From positions 46,066,001 through 46,130,000 of the forward strand of contig NC_091482.1 of assembly GCF_036971445.1 (NCBI RefSeq): a DNA stretch of 64,000 nt, in the 5' to 3' direction. Within the stretch, counting starts at the first letter, position 1. The number at the start of each line of letters is the position of its first letter. Origin of the DNA: Narcine bancroftii. Its lineage: Eukaryota. Below the pieces are notes generated by a model that was not told the DNA's origin, did not search any database, and saw only the letters and a program-made list of their open reading frames with translations. Shown here piece by piece: positions 49,463-61,807 of the stretch. Made by a program: the position numbers and the translations under genes.

Positions 49463-50254
49463 TTTCTTCCTTCAATCAAAATCCATGACTACACACTGTA
49501 GATGATGCTTCCCTTATTCTAATGTATCCTAATTTCAAAGAATCATCTTCCAAGGTGTGAGCTGCAATATCCCAAATTTAGATCTCTTTAATCCAACAGA
49601 TCAAACTCTGTGGCTGTTACTTTATGTAGTTTAATTCGTTCCTAGAACAGATCAACCTTTTGCATAGCTTCACAACAAGACAATGACAAAGCATTTACTA
49701 TATAAAGGTAGTGCTTTAGACTCTAATTACTCAAGTTGTCATAACAAAACCAATAGCTAAAGATTGCTATAGAAACAAAGATATATAGAGATACAAAGTT
49801 TAAAGAAAAATTTCTCGTGCTCACGCTTCCTTCACATCTTGTAGAATGAGAGCAAGCCATTATCCTGGGTGGATATTAGGACATATTACATCATAGTCAC
49901 TCTGCAAACAACAGTTCTCTTAAAGAGACAGGAATAAAATCAAAAACGCAAGGTTTTAACCTTTACATACACTTCTCTACGTTGTATTCCATCTGCCACT
50001 TCTTTGCCCACTCTCCTCATTCTTCATCTTATCTCCTTCATCTCCATCCACTTATTTTTTGCTTATTCCTTGAAAAAGGGCTCAGGCCCGAAATGTCAGC
50101 CACATATCTTTGTCTTCTATGGACACTGAAAGGCCAGCTGAGTTCCTCCCACATCTGCAGACTTTAGTCTTTCACTCGTTCTCCCAAACAGTCCGGGTCT
50201 GTCTGCACACTCCCTGCTTCCTCATTACCTGCTTCTTCACCTATCATTGTGTAT

Positions 50255-50430
50255 CAACGCAAAAACATGGCCACAGGGATATCAATCCTGTCATCCAGAT
50301 CATTAATGTATAATGTGAAAAGTATTGGACCCAGTACTGAACCCTGTGGAACACCACTAGTCACCGGCCGCCAGCCAGAAAAGGCCCTCTTTATCCCCAC
50401 TGTTTGCCTTGTGCCAGTCAGCTGATCTTC
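50255..50430 (-). mobile_element. CR1 reverse transcriptase fragment
   Basis: [30 protein letters not shown]. Confidence 0.9.
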
Positions 50431-50696
50431 CCATGAAACCATGGGCTCCGACCTTTATTTTCTTTATTTTTATTTGCAGCATGGTAGAATCCAATTCTAG
50501 CCATTTAGTCCCAATGCAGCCCAATTGCACCCAATTAATGTACAACCCTGTATATCTGGGAGGGTAGGAGGAAACAGGAGCATCTCTGGAAAATTTACAT
50601 GGACATGGGGGTAAAATGTACAAACTCCTTACAGACCAAGCCAGATTTTAACCTGGGTCACTGGCTTGAAGCTTCATGTGCGACACCTTGTCATAG

Positions 50697-51006
50697 TGTG
50701 ATGAGAGTATATAGAGGTGTTTGGGAGATAAATTGGGAATGGTTTGTTAGAGCAGGTCACACTTTAAAATTTTTGCAGGATCTTTTGCAAGAGAGCTCAG
50801 ACTCATGATGGACTGTTATTTGCAAAAGGCAACAAATGTAACAACAGGCAGTACCAACTTTGTCTGGAAAACAGAACTTACTGTCTGGAAGGTCATGTGA
50901 TCTTTGCAGACAGAGAGCAGAAAAAAAAGAGGCTTTGTTCTCAGAGTTGGAGGGAGTGAGAGAGAGCGAGGAGAGACACAGACCCTTTGTCGTGGTGCAT
51001 GTCTAT
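50697..51006 (+). mobile_element. Internally deleted LTR, long family A
   Basis: 5' part matches the 21796 copy up to the GA tract, then jumps to ACCCTTTGTCGTGGTGCAT near the LTR 3' end. Confidence 0.75.
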
Positions 51007-51378
51007 AGGCCTTCTGGAAATCTGAGAAGAGAGGATCTTTGCTGAATTGCAAGCCTCCACCCCGATTCCTGTCAACAATTGTGCTTGTTCCTGACACCAA
51101 AACTGAAATTATTTGCCAACACCCATTCCCTTGATGAGTTAGTGGTGAAACATGAGGATTGTTTAGCATCCACTGAAGTGAAGAAAGAAACAAATGTGGA
51201 GCAAGATAGCAGGATATTTATAGTTCATCTGAAGTGTGGAGATGTTACAGCCTGAATCCATTTTACCCTGCCTTGTTGTTATGCTATTTTATATGGATGA
51301 AGAGAATTGACTTATTATATTAGCTTCACGACTTTTGTTTTACAATGTGGTGAAATTGTGTCAAACCTGAATATCCCT

Positions 51379-52722
51379 TTAACTTAAATGGGGTAATAAT
51401 ACAATTGATTTTTGATTTATATAAATCTCTTTTCTTTAGTCTCTTATAATGTTATATAAATATTAGTAATAAATTTCTTAGCAACAAATGTATCTGTTTT
51501 TATATCTTCAAATTGACTTTGTTTAGAGAGTCTCAAATCTGCTCCCAGTCTCTTTTTCAAATACATTTTTAATTGATAATTTTGCAAAAATTGTATTATT
51601 ATGTATATTGTATTTATCTTTTAATTGATCAAAAGTTAAGAAAAAAAGATCCTAAAAAACAATCTTTTATTCTCTGTATCCCTTTACTGAACCAATTACC
51701 AAATAAAGAATTATTCAATGTAGAAGGAGGTTGATTTTGTTTTAACAACATTTTTGATAATTGATCATTTTTAATTCCTCTCTCAATATGAATTCTATTC
51801 CATATGTTTAAAATATGTTTCAATACAGAAAAATCTTTAGTTCCTTTAAATGACTCACTATTCCATTTATACAAAATTAACACCGGAATAGTTTCACCAA
51901 TTTTATTAATTTCTATTTGAATCTAAACTGGTTTTTCATCCCATTGATAACAGGAGGACAAAAGCATGCTTTAAAATAATTCTTAAAATTTAGTACTCTT
52001 AGTCCCCCACGATCAAATTTCCACATTAATTTTTCAAAACCAATTATACTCCACATAAGTTAAATGGACTTAATCCTAATTATTCAAATAAGTGTTTTCG
52101 ATGTGCAAAAGACACATGCGAAGGACTTTTTTGCATTCTGTGTGGTCTTGTGAAAAAGTGGAAAGGTTTTGGAATGAACTGAGTTTATTATTAGGGCAAG
52201 TTATGAAGATAAAGGGTACCAAAGGATCCAAGAATATTTTTACTTGGAGATATTTATGAAAACAATATAAAATTGAAATTGGACAAATACCAAGAAAAAT
52301 TTTTAAGTGTTGCAATGGCAACTGCAAAGAAATATATAGCGATACCATGGAAAGATGATAGAGAAGTGTTATTAAGTAGATGGTATAATGAGATGTGAAA
52401 TTGTATACCTTTGAAAAAAATTCCGTAGTTTAAGGAATCGAGTTGAAAATTTTTATAGCATTTGGAAACCATATATGGATTTTATGGATAATTTTCCATC
52501 CACCTATCTTATCCACTCCTCTTAATTAGTAATCTTTAATAACAATCAATGATTGTCGATGCTAATATGATTGTATATTAAAGGGTAGGTGTTTCTTTTA
52601 TTTTGAGGTGGGAGGGGGATTGGGAGAAAAACATAAAAGTATTTTTTTTATCACTGGCTAAGGATATTTGATTAATGTTTTATTTTTTTTTCCTTTAATC
52701 ATGCAAACAATTAATTAAAAAA
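51379..52722 (+). mobile_element. 5'-inverted L1 insertion
   Basis: Minus-strand ORF2 segment (GGLRVLNF...W..KGI..IKD) joined to a plus-strand CFRC..H..WSC segment, 3' UTR and poly(A); 16-bp TSD AAACCTGAATATCCCT. Confidence 0.85.
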
Positions 52723-53574
52723 AAACCTGAATATCCCTACCTTCCCAAAAGATGTAAGGTGTTTCTCTATTCCACTCAACTGTGATTTGCGTACTTTGAA
52801 GAAACTTTCTTCCTCCGAAGGGAATTCCGTGATGTGATTTGGTCTGTGCTCATTTAAAATGGTGTACAGCAAGCGCCAGTGTGGACAACCCTCGAGGCAT
52901 CTGGCCGCAAGTGCCAGGCACATGGTGAAGGTCACTGGGCTCAGCGAATTCATTTGAAGCAAGAGCAAATCCTTTTACTTCTGCTTTCAGCCTTGAAACA
53001 GATATGTTTTAAGTGTAAAGATCTTCAGCTAGCCAGCTTTCTAGGCTACTGTTATGACTGCGAAAGAAAGGTTTCAGCTGTGCATTTAACTAGCATTTCA
53101 GATTTTGTGAAGGCTGAGGGTAATTGAAACCGATCTTAAGTATATATTTTATGACTGGCTGATAGCCCAATAACATCCACTCACCCAGGTCGATATGAGA
53201 TCAGGCTGATAATAGCATTTACAAGGCAATGGAAAAGGATTGAAGTCAACTCTTTTCCCAAGAATGTTTATGTAGTTTGTGGTAGGATTTAAGACCAGCG
53301 AATCTTAGCTAAGAATGAATAAGCAAAGAATTTATTTAGATTGCACCAAAACAGCCAATTGGAATTGAAAAACAAAAGATTTTCGTAAACGCAACAGACT
53401 CTCTGAGCCAAACCAGGAGCAACCTGCTTTCATGCAATGTTTTCAGTCGAAGGAATTTCACCGAACAAGCACACGGGTTTTAACACATGGTAAAGGGAGA
53501 AATATTAGGACAGGCAACTTTAATTTAGAGGTCCATTTTAAATACCATCTTAAAGTAATGAGGAATGAGGGAAT

Positions 53575-53910
53575 TAAAATATTTTGAATGTTAAAAGGCC
53601 TGGACAGGGTTGATGTGGCAAAAGTTATTTCCCATGGTAGGGGAGTTGAGAGCAAAGGGGGCACAACCTCAGGATCGATGGATGCCCATTTAAAAACAGA
53701 AATGCAATGGAATTTCTTTAGCTATAGAATGGTGAACCTCAGGCAATGTTTTTGGGTGCAGTTTAGGCAGAGATTGATAGGTATCTGAATAGTCAGGGTA
53801 TTAATGGTTTTGAGAAGAAGGCAGAAGAATGGGGCTGATTGGGAAAATGGATCAGCTCATGATGTCAACATCAGAGCTGACTAGGTGGCCTATGTGCCTA
53901 CCTCTACTCT
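53575..53910 (+). mobile_element. CR1 LINE 3' fragment
   Basis: LKGLDRVDV..NFFS motif and CR1 3' UTR. Confidence 0.7.
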
Positions 53911-53917
53911 GAGGATG

Positions 53918-54497
53918 AAGAACTTCAGATTTCTGTGTCAACATCTCTGAAGATCTGTCCTGGGGCCTCCATGTCGATGCAGTCATGAAGAATGTTTTCC
54001 AGCAGTTATACTTCGTGAGGAGTTTGAGGAGATTTGGTATGAACCCAAAGATTCTCAAAAATTTCTACATGTGTACCATGAAGAACATTCAGTCTGGTTC
54101 TGATGCACAAGGCAGGAAAATACTCCAAGGATTTGTTAACTCAGCCAGCGACATCACGGGCACCAGTCTTCACTCCATCAAGGACATCTACAAGAAGCGG
54201 TATCTTAAGAAAGCAGTCTCAATCCTCAAGGTCATGCCCTCTTCACTCTGCCACCATCAGGAAGGAGGCATAGGAGCCTGAAGATGAGCACCCAATGGTA
54301 CAAAGTAGCGACTTCCCCGACTCCATCAGATTTCTGAATGGACAATGAACCCCAGATGCTGCCTCACTTTCTCTCGTTTTCTTGCACTATTTATTTATTT
54401 TTGAAATGTAATTTATAGCAATATTTTCACTATAACATTTCACTTTCACTGCAAAATGACGAATTAGCGTGACATGGTCATGACCATAAATTCTGAT
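53918..54497 (+). mobile_element. Rex-Babar LINE 3' fragment
   Basis: QQLYFVRSLRRFGMNPKILKNFY motif; tail ..CATGACCATAAATTCTGAT. Confidence 0.8.
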
Positions 54498-54528
54498 ATC
54501 TTATGGACCAATGGTCTTAAAATGCAAT

Positions 54529-55986
54529 CCTAAATAATAGGTTGTCAATATGCGGGCAGCGGGATAATCATCCCCCTTGTGTTCACGTTTCCCCTATCTG
54601 GGGTTCTGTGTCACTCTGAACTGCTACTTTGTGCTGGCCCATGTTTTCATTACACTGTGTCTGTTTCTAGTCTCTGTTGGCCTCGTATCTTCTCCGGTAG
54701 GTCTCTGTATCATTCATTCAACAGTTTTTACAATTTGTATGGTGTTAGGGTTAGAGTTAGTGTTTAGTGGTGTTTCTTGGTAAGCTCGGGTCTGTGTTAG
54801 GGTGTCCCTGTAATTTGTCCTAAGTGTGCTAGCCCATGGAGTCTGTTGTGGAGATTGCTGTTGTTGTGGAGCTTTTATTTGTGTTGTCTTTGGATGGGGT
54901 TGAGACTGGGTAAGGGTGAGGGTTAGGGTGTTAATATGTGGACAGCAGGATCATCATCCCCCTAGTGTTCACTTGTTGCCCCTCTCTGGGGTACTGTGTC
55001 ACTCTGAACTGCCACATTAGAGTTAGGATCAGGGTTAAGGCTAGGGTTAGGGTTAGAATTAGGTTGTCAGCTTAGGTCTATGATAGAGTGTTCCTGTAAT
55101 TAGTCCTAAGTGTTCTGTTCCAGGGAGTCTGTTGTGGGAATTGGTGTTGTTGTGGACCTTTTATTTGTGTTGTCTTTAGATGGTGTTGAAACTGGGTAAG
55201 GGTTACCTCTGTGATTCCTGATTGTGTTCTGGCCTGGGGGTCTGTCCTCATCAGTGCCTGGCAGAGTTAGCCGAATGGACTTAAGGCCCATGTGAAATTA
55301 CACTGGGTTATTTGGGGGTTTTAGGATTAGGGTTAAGTCTGGGTAAGGGTAACTTTATGTCTCTGATTGTGTCCTGGCCTAGAATCTACCTCAGGCAGTG
55401 CCTGTTTGAGTTTGCTCTTAGGCCTTAAGGCCCTTGTGGGATTGGTTTTGTGTTGTTGGAGCTTTAGGATAAGGTAAAGCCTGGGTAAGGTTGATCGTGA
55501 TGTGTTTGGAGTTGGTGTTTCTAGGTTGAGGTCTGGGTTAGGGTGTCCCCCAGGTGTTTGGGGTTGTGTAGATAGGGTGATATGATAGGATTTGTGTCTT
55601 GGGGTATTCAGTTGGAGTATAGCTGGGGAGGGATTGTGGTGATGGGTTTGGGTTGGGTGGGATTTTGAAAAAAAGTGGGGGATGGGTTTGGATAGTTGGG
55701 GGTGTTTGGGAATTTTTGGAGGGTCCACTGGATGGCTCAGTTGGTGAATCCCTTTCTGGATGATCGCCGGCCCTAATCGTTCAATTGCCTCACACCCCCG
55801 GGCGCACCTTAGTCTCGTCATTGTCATTCAGTGGGTTAGTACTTGGATAGTGGACCGTTAGACAAGGTTGGGGTGGGGAGGGTTTGGGTCAGGGATTGGG
55901 GTGGTGATGGAGGGCTAGGGGGAGGAAGAAGAGGAAAGTGGAAAGATGTAGAGAAAAGAGAGAGGAGAGAGAAGAGGGGGGATTTG
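54529..55986. repeat. GT-rich, telomere-like complex repeat insert flanked by a 65-bp direct duplication
   Basis: Scattered TTAGGG/GGGTTA/GGGTAA runs, internal diverged repeats; flanks 54464-54528 and 55987-56051 differ at 3 positions. Confidence 0.85.
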
Positions 55987-56635
55987 TTAGCGTGATATGG
56001 TCATGACCATAAATTCTGATATCTTATGGACCTATGGTCCTAAAATGCAATGAAACTTGGAGAGGGAATTTGATCCGAAATAATAGGTGTTGGACCAGAG
56101 GTCAGAGTTGCAGGAATGCAGCAGACCGGAGAGGTTCCATGGGAAGCAAGGAAGGGGTGAAGCAGCGGAGGGATTCCTGCCAGGACGCCGGAGCTTATAA
56201 TGTAGAACAGAGAGCTGAGGTAGCATAGATGAGCTCAGTGAATGAGATAGTATGAGGTAGAACACAGGCTGGGTTACAAATTTTGGAAATGAATGGTGAA
56301 TCAGCAGCTGATTGGAGAAGCATGGATAAGAGACAGCAGCCGATTGGCCAAGGTGGAGGTCATGATAGAAACAGAGAGGGGAGCAGATAGGGAGCCATCG
56401 GGGCCATTGAGGAATGTGAACAATCTGGCTCACCGAAGCTATGGGTGACTGGAGTCAATGATGGGCTGGTGGTGTTTGTGCCACGGTTTTGAAGCCAACA
56501 GCTCTGGATTTCCCAAAGGCACTGACTGAAATCCTGAGTAATTGAAAAATCCGCACGGAAAATGTGATGGCAGTGGAGAGATTGAATGAGGTGATGATAA
56601 GGAAAAATTGGATACCTTCAATGTGCATGGGGAGG

Positions 56636-56805
56636 CACAACACCAGAGAAACTCAGCAGGTCAAATAACGTACTTTATTGAGCAAAGAGTTAGAGACAGA
56701 AAGATATCTTTATCTTTGCTCCATAAAGTTTGACCTCTGCTGAGTTTCTCCAGCATTGTATTTTTACTCCAACTCCAGTGTCCTGCAGATGTTTGTGTTT
56801 CACTA
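56636..56805. mobile_element. Hairpin-type Penelope pseudo-LTR remnant
   Basis: GAGAAACTCAGCAGGTCAAA / TTTGACCTCTGCTGAGTTTCTCCAGC arms. Confidence 0.6.
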
Positions 56806-56923
56806 ATGTGCATGTGCAACCTGTTGCTTTTACCATAGTGAATGTTATAACTGATAACTGGAAAGAAGAGAAGGCTGGATCAGATGGAATGATTCAGGAT
56901 TGGAGAGAAAGGCGGGGTCTTCT

Positions 56924-57022
56924 TTTTTTTAAATTTTTTATTTTTCACACTATGAACCATACTGACCAACATTTTTCTCTTGAATATATAGTGTCATTTT
57001 CTCCCCTTTTTCCCCCCTCCCA
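56924..57022 (-). mobile_element. Very short L1 3' end (same family as 14038)
   Basis: TTTTTCACACTATGAACCATACTGACCAA identical to about 14054-14082; 9-bp TSD GGGTCTTCT. Confidence 0.8.
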
Positions 57023-57044
57023 GGGTCTTCTGACAACTATAGAA

Positions 57045-57545
57045 GCATAGAACACTGCAGCAAAGAAACAGACCCTTTGGCCCAACTAGTCTATGCCGAA
57101 CTATTATCCTGCCTGGTCCCATTGACTTGCACCCAGACCATATCCCTCCATACCTTTCCAGTCCATGTACCTATCCAATTTTTTCTTAAATGCCAACATT
57201 CACCACTATAGCTGGCAGCTCAGTCCACATCCCCACCACTCTCTGTGTGAAGAAGTTCCCTACTGTTCTGTTTAAACATTTCACCTCTCACCCTTAACCC
57301 ATGTCCTCCAGTCTCATCTTACCTAATCTGAGTGGAAAAAGCCTGTTTGCATTTACTCTATCTGTACCCCTCATAATTTTGTATACCTCTGTTCAATTTC
57401 CCCTCACTTTCTGATGCTACAAGGAATAAAATCCTAAACTATTTAACTTTTCCCAGTAATTCAGTTCCTCATGTCCCAGCAACATCCTTGTAAGTATTTT
57501 TCTCTGCATTCTTTCAGTCCTATTGATGTCCTTCCTGTGAGTGGG
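57045..57545 (-). mobile_element. CR1 LINE 3' fragment
   Basis: Reverse complement of the CR1 end (FFTQRVVG.W); homologous to 23760-24045. Confidence 0.7.
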
Positions 57546-57609
57546 ATGAATTAAGGGAGAATATTTTGATCTGGATAAAGACGTCAATGTGGTCAGTCAA
57601 GTCAATGTT

Positions 57610-57836
57610 AAATTTAAATTTAGACATATGCAGGCCCACGAATCAGTGCTGCCCAAATACCCCAATGAACCTACAACCCCAGTACATTTTGAAGGGTGGG
57701 AGGAAAGCGGAACACCTGGAGGAAACCCCCCACAGACACGGGGAGAATGCACAAATTCCTTATAGGCAGCACCAGATTCGAACCCAGGTAACTGGCACTG
57801 TAATTGCATCTTGCCAACCGCTATGCCAACCTGTGC
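57610..57836 (-). mobile_element. HE1-like V-SINE
   Basis: Reverse V-domain and (AAATTT) tail. Confidence 0.75.
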
Positions 57837-58689
57837 CACTCACACTACGCAGACCGTACCCCCAGTTATGTCCTCAGGTTGAGAGGAATAGGAGTGGATG
57901 AACATGGCATCTTATGGGTTGACAAGATGGACTGCCCGCAAGAGGAAGTTCCTCGCTGTACCTTGGTACACATGGCAACAGAGCAGATTACGGAGCAGGG
58001 AGTGAGAATGTGGGCTAGAATGTAGAGCACAAGTATTCCAAGCCAATTTTGATCCTGCCCTCTGCCATTCTTCCCGCACACATTTACCCTAGTCCTGCTC
58101 CAAAGAGGAGACTTCACGATCCAGTCACAATCACTGTCTGGGTCACTGACTTCACAATCACTGACTTCACAATCCTGTCTGGGTCACACCCTGAAGCAGG
58201 ATCATGGCCATCTCCCACCCTCCCCTCACTATCTGCTTAGTCACAAAATGCAGCCAGCATCCATTTTGTATTTGGGCCAAAGGAAAAGTGTCAACAGAAA
58301 TCGTAACAACATCCCACCCAGAGGAAACATGTTAGTTTCTCTTTGATAGAAATGGAAATAATTTCAAGCCTTCTGTGAATTGGCAGTCAAATCCATCGCC
58401 CAGAAGCAGACTCACATCTATGTGGACAAACCGCGTGCGCACTTAATGTGTGAGTTGTGTCTACAATGTCCACATGCGTGTCTGTGTTCAATGTGCCTGA
58501 TGCACCTCATGACAAAATAAGCACAGAGTTCATTGTCATGGAGTTTTACATGATTCACAGTCTGGGCTGAAATTTTCTCTTGGTGTCAGTGGTAGGGAGA
58601 TGTTAAAATCTACAACGAGGATGATTATTATGATCAGAAAATAATGATTGATTGGAATAACGGTGGAGTACGGTTGCCACAGAGAAATC

Positions 58690-59057
58690 CATAGGACCAT
58701 AAGGGTGGCATAGAGCATCGCTGGAGTCTCCCTCCCTCCCATCAACACGACCTACCAAAATCATTGAGGACCCTTCCACCTCGCACACAGCATCTTTCAG
58801 CTGCACCCATCAGGAAAGAAATACAGGAGGATCAGAGCCAGCACCACCAGGCTAGGAACAGCTTCTTCCCATGGGCAGTGAGAAGGACCAAAGGAACTGC
58901 TCACACTGACCCTCCGAGACTCTCATATTCACAAATCAATATTTATTTATTTGAATTTTGAATACTTGGCCTGCATGCATATTGTTTGTCCATATGTGTG
59001 TTCTGTCTGGGTGTTTTGCATCGAGCTCCGGAGAACACTGTTTCATCAGGTTGTACT
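58690..59057 (+). mobile_element. Rex-Babar LINE 3' fragment; tail resumes at about 59519
   Basis: Near match to 3870-4190. Confidence 0.7.
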
Positions 59058-59518
59058 GTCAGGTCACTCGTCTGAGTGCTACTGGTACCATGTAACCCAG
59101 TAATACCTGTGGCATGGTCAGGTGGTTGGTGACTAAACCGGGCTTGCTTGGTGTGGAAGGTGGCTAGACACCCTACAGGATAAAAAGCAAGACCTGTCAA
59201 AGGGTAGACAAACCCTCTTGTAGGGACAACGGCCGTCTAGCAAACACGTACCAAGAAGCACAGATAGGTCCTCCCTTGCATCGAAGCTTGGACTGGCCAT
59301 TCACTGCAACAGAACTTCCCCCAGCCGTCTTGGACATCACCAGGCCGCTGAATCCGGGAGGATATGTCAAGAGGGTGGTTCTGGACCTATACAACCCCCT
59401 ACTCACCTAAAATCCATTCATGCGCATGCTGTTTCTAAGGAGTGGAGTATCCTCGTATCAACCCCCACCAACTAACTGAAAGGAACTCTTATCATCCTAT
59501 GGGATGGAGAGCCAGAAT
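59058..59518 (+). mobile_element. Unclassified insertion resembling an RTE-type 5' UTR
   Basis: Splits the Rex-Babar tail (GGTTGTACT | CTTGTACAATCAGATG); family assignment is by resemblance only. Confidence 0.4.
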
Positions 59519-59608
59519 CTTGTACAATCAGATGAACTTGCCTTGTCTCAATGTGGATTCAGAACGGGAAAATTTAGCCTCAGTGGTTTCCGTATAGAAT
59601 GATTAGAG

Positions 59609-59835
59609 CAGCCATTCCCAATCTTTTATTTGGCTATGACCCCCCCTTAGGACTCTGCTCAAAGTTTATGGACCCCTTTCTCTGTGAAGCTGTTGTGTTG
59701 AGTTGGTTTCTTCTGTACTTCTCTCCTGCCAACGACATTAAAAAAAATCAAAATAAAATTTAAGATTTCGGTCCATCGCTCCTCTGAAATCTGCTGCAGC
59801 CACTGGGGTGGCCACATGGCTGTTGAAAATGGCTG
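59609..59835. mobile_element. hAT MITE
   Basis: CAGCCATT...AATGGCTG; TSD GATTAGAG/GATTACAG. Confidence 0.75.
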
Positions 59836-60204
59836 GATTACAGGAAGTGCATGGCTTGCAGATTTATTACACACGCCCTCTGCAGAAGTGATAAAGCAGA
59901 TGGCAGAAGGGAGATAACCTGGAATACACCTTGACTGATAAGGATTCCAAGAATTTGTACTAAAAATAGAAAGGGTGATGACACCACAAAGATAACATTG
60001 CAAATATATCTAGATATCTAGATGTAAGAAATGGCTTCTATAAAAATAAATCCCTCAGGGAGAGAGCAGGAATTAAAAAAATGTGCCATTACAAATGAGT
60101 TGACTGGGGGAATACTAACATCTGTTGTGGGCAATATTATTATTGGAAAAAATGGATTGGTCAGAGTCAATAGAATTCAAGAAAGGGAAAGAAAAGTTTA
60201 ACAA

Positions 60205-61170
60205 ATCAGAATCAGAATTTATTGACATAAACATCATGACTTTGTTTTGCGGCAGGAATCACAGTGCAAAATATTCCTATAAAATAACATACAAAAATCA
60301 ATAAATTAGTTTAAAAATAAGAGAAAGAGAGGTCATGTCTACGTTTCATTGTCCATTCAGAAATCTGATGGCAGTGGGGAAGAAACTATCCTTGTTCCAT
60401 TGGGGGTTTGTCTTTGGGCTCCTTCCCGATGGTAACAGAGTGAAGAGAGTATGGCCTGGGTGGTGGGGGTCCTTGAGGATAGAGGATTGAGGATAAGACA
60501 CCACCTTGTAGATGTCCTCGATGGAGTGAAGTCTGGTGCATCAACGACCATCTGGAGTTTTTTCTTGTCCTGGACATTGGCACCTCAAACCAGCCAGAAT
60601 GTTCTCCATGATACAGCTGTAAAAAATTGCAAGCATCTTCGGTGACAGACCGAATCTCCTCAAACTCCCCACGAGGTACAGCCGCTGCCGAGCCTTCTTC
60701 GCGATTGTATCGACAGGACAGGTCCTCGGAGATGTTCACACTTGGGAATTGAACAATTCCATTGCTGACCTCTCCATGAGGACTGGTTCTTGTCCTGATT
60801 TCCCCTTGCTGAAGACCTCAATCAGCTCCTTGTTTTTTTCATTCTGACATTGGCACCACTCAGCTAATTGATTTATCTCCCTTCTCATTACTGTCTGTGA
60901 TTCTGCTGACAACCATGGTGTCATCAGCGCATTTAGAGATAGCATTTGAATTATGCCTGGCCGCATAGTCGGGGGTGGGGGGTGGTGTTGGAATGTGAAT
61001 AGAGTAATGGACTAAGCGTGTGTTGATTGTCATTGAGGAGGAGACGTTGTTTCCGATTTGTACTGACTGTGGTCTTCTAAGGATTCAGTTGCAAATGGGG
61101 GGTGCAGAGGCCCAGGGTTTTGGAGCTAGCATGGAGGGTATGATGGGTGTTGAAAGATGAGCTGTAGGCG
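60205..61170 (-). mobile_element. Rex-Babar LINE 3' fragment
   Basis: REINQLAEWC..KNKELIEVF, NISEDLS and KKARQRLYL-type motifs; (TCTGAT) tail. Confidence 0.8.
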
Positions 61171-61807
61171 ATTAAAATAAATCTACCAGACTTAATAAAT
61201 TTATATCTGAAGTGATAAGGAAGAACCAAAGGGTGTTGTATGCCTAGCCTTCCAATAGATATTCAGTAAGGTGCCAGTCAAGAAGTTATTGAGCAAAATT
61301 AGAATGCATCAGACTGGGGAAATTCTGCCGATCACCATTTATCCCCAAAACAATCGTTGAATGATTAATTGACTGCAATATAGTCCTTTCTCCTTACCAA
61401 ACATTGTTTATAACCTCCGCTTTTTCTGGGAATCTGGGAGCCCTCGCTATGACAATGTCGTCAATGTGGCCGAGCAGCCAGTCAGAGAGATGTATATACT
61501 CCAAGGCCAAGAAGTCAAAATCACCACATTCAATTTTAGACAGTCTACAGAAAGTGAAATAAAATAAGGGGCACTTGTGGGGTTAAAGTGCAAGTCAAAA
61601 CTGTGATGTTGTTGCAAAACAACAAATTTTATGACAATAAATTCTGACGGTGATTCTGAAAATATAAGGAACAGAAAATATTATTAACATTTAGTTCCAT
61701 GATTTGTCATTGTTAGTTCAGGGAGATGCCATACAAAATAATTTTCAGGTCCAGGGAGAGTGCTTGTCAGTAATTTTAGCTTAGCATGCCACCCCAGATG
61801 TTTACAC

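Noticed and set aside
55333-55827. 164-aa Pro/Thr/His-rich ORF
   Set aside because: Composition follows from the C/A-rich strand of the telomere-like repeat; no recognisable domain.
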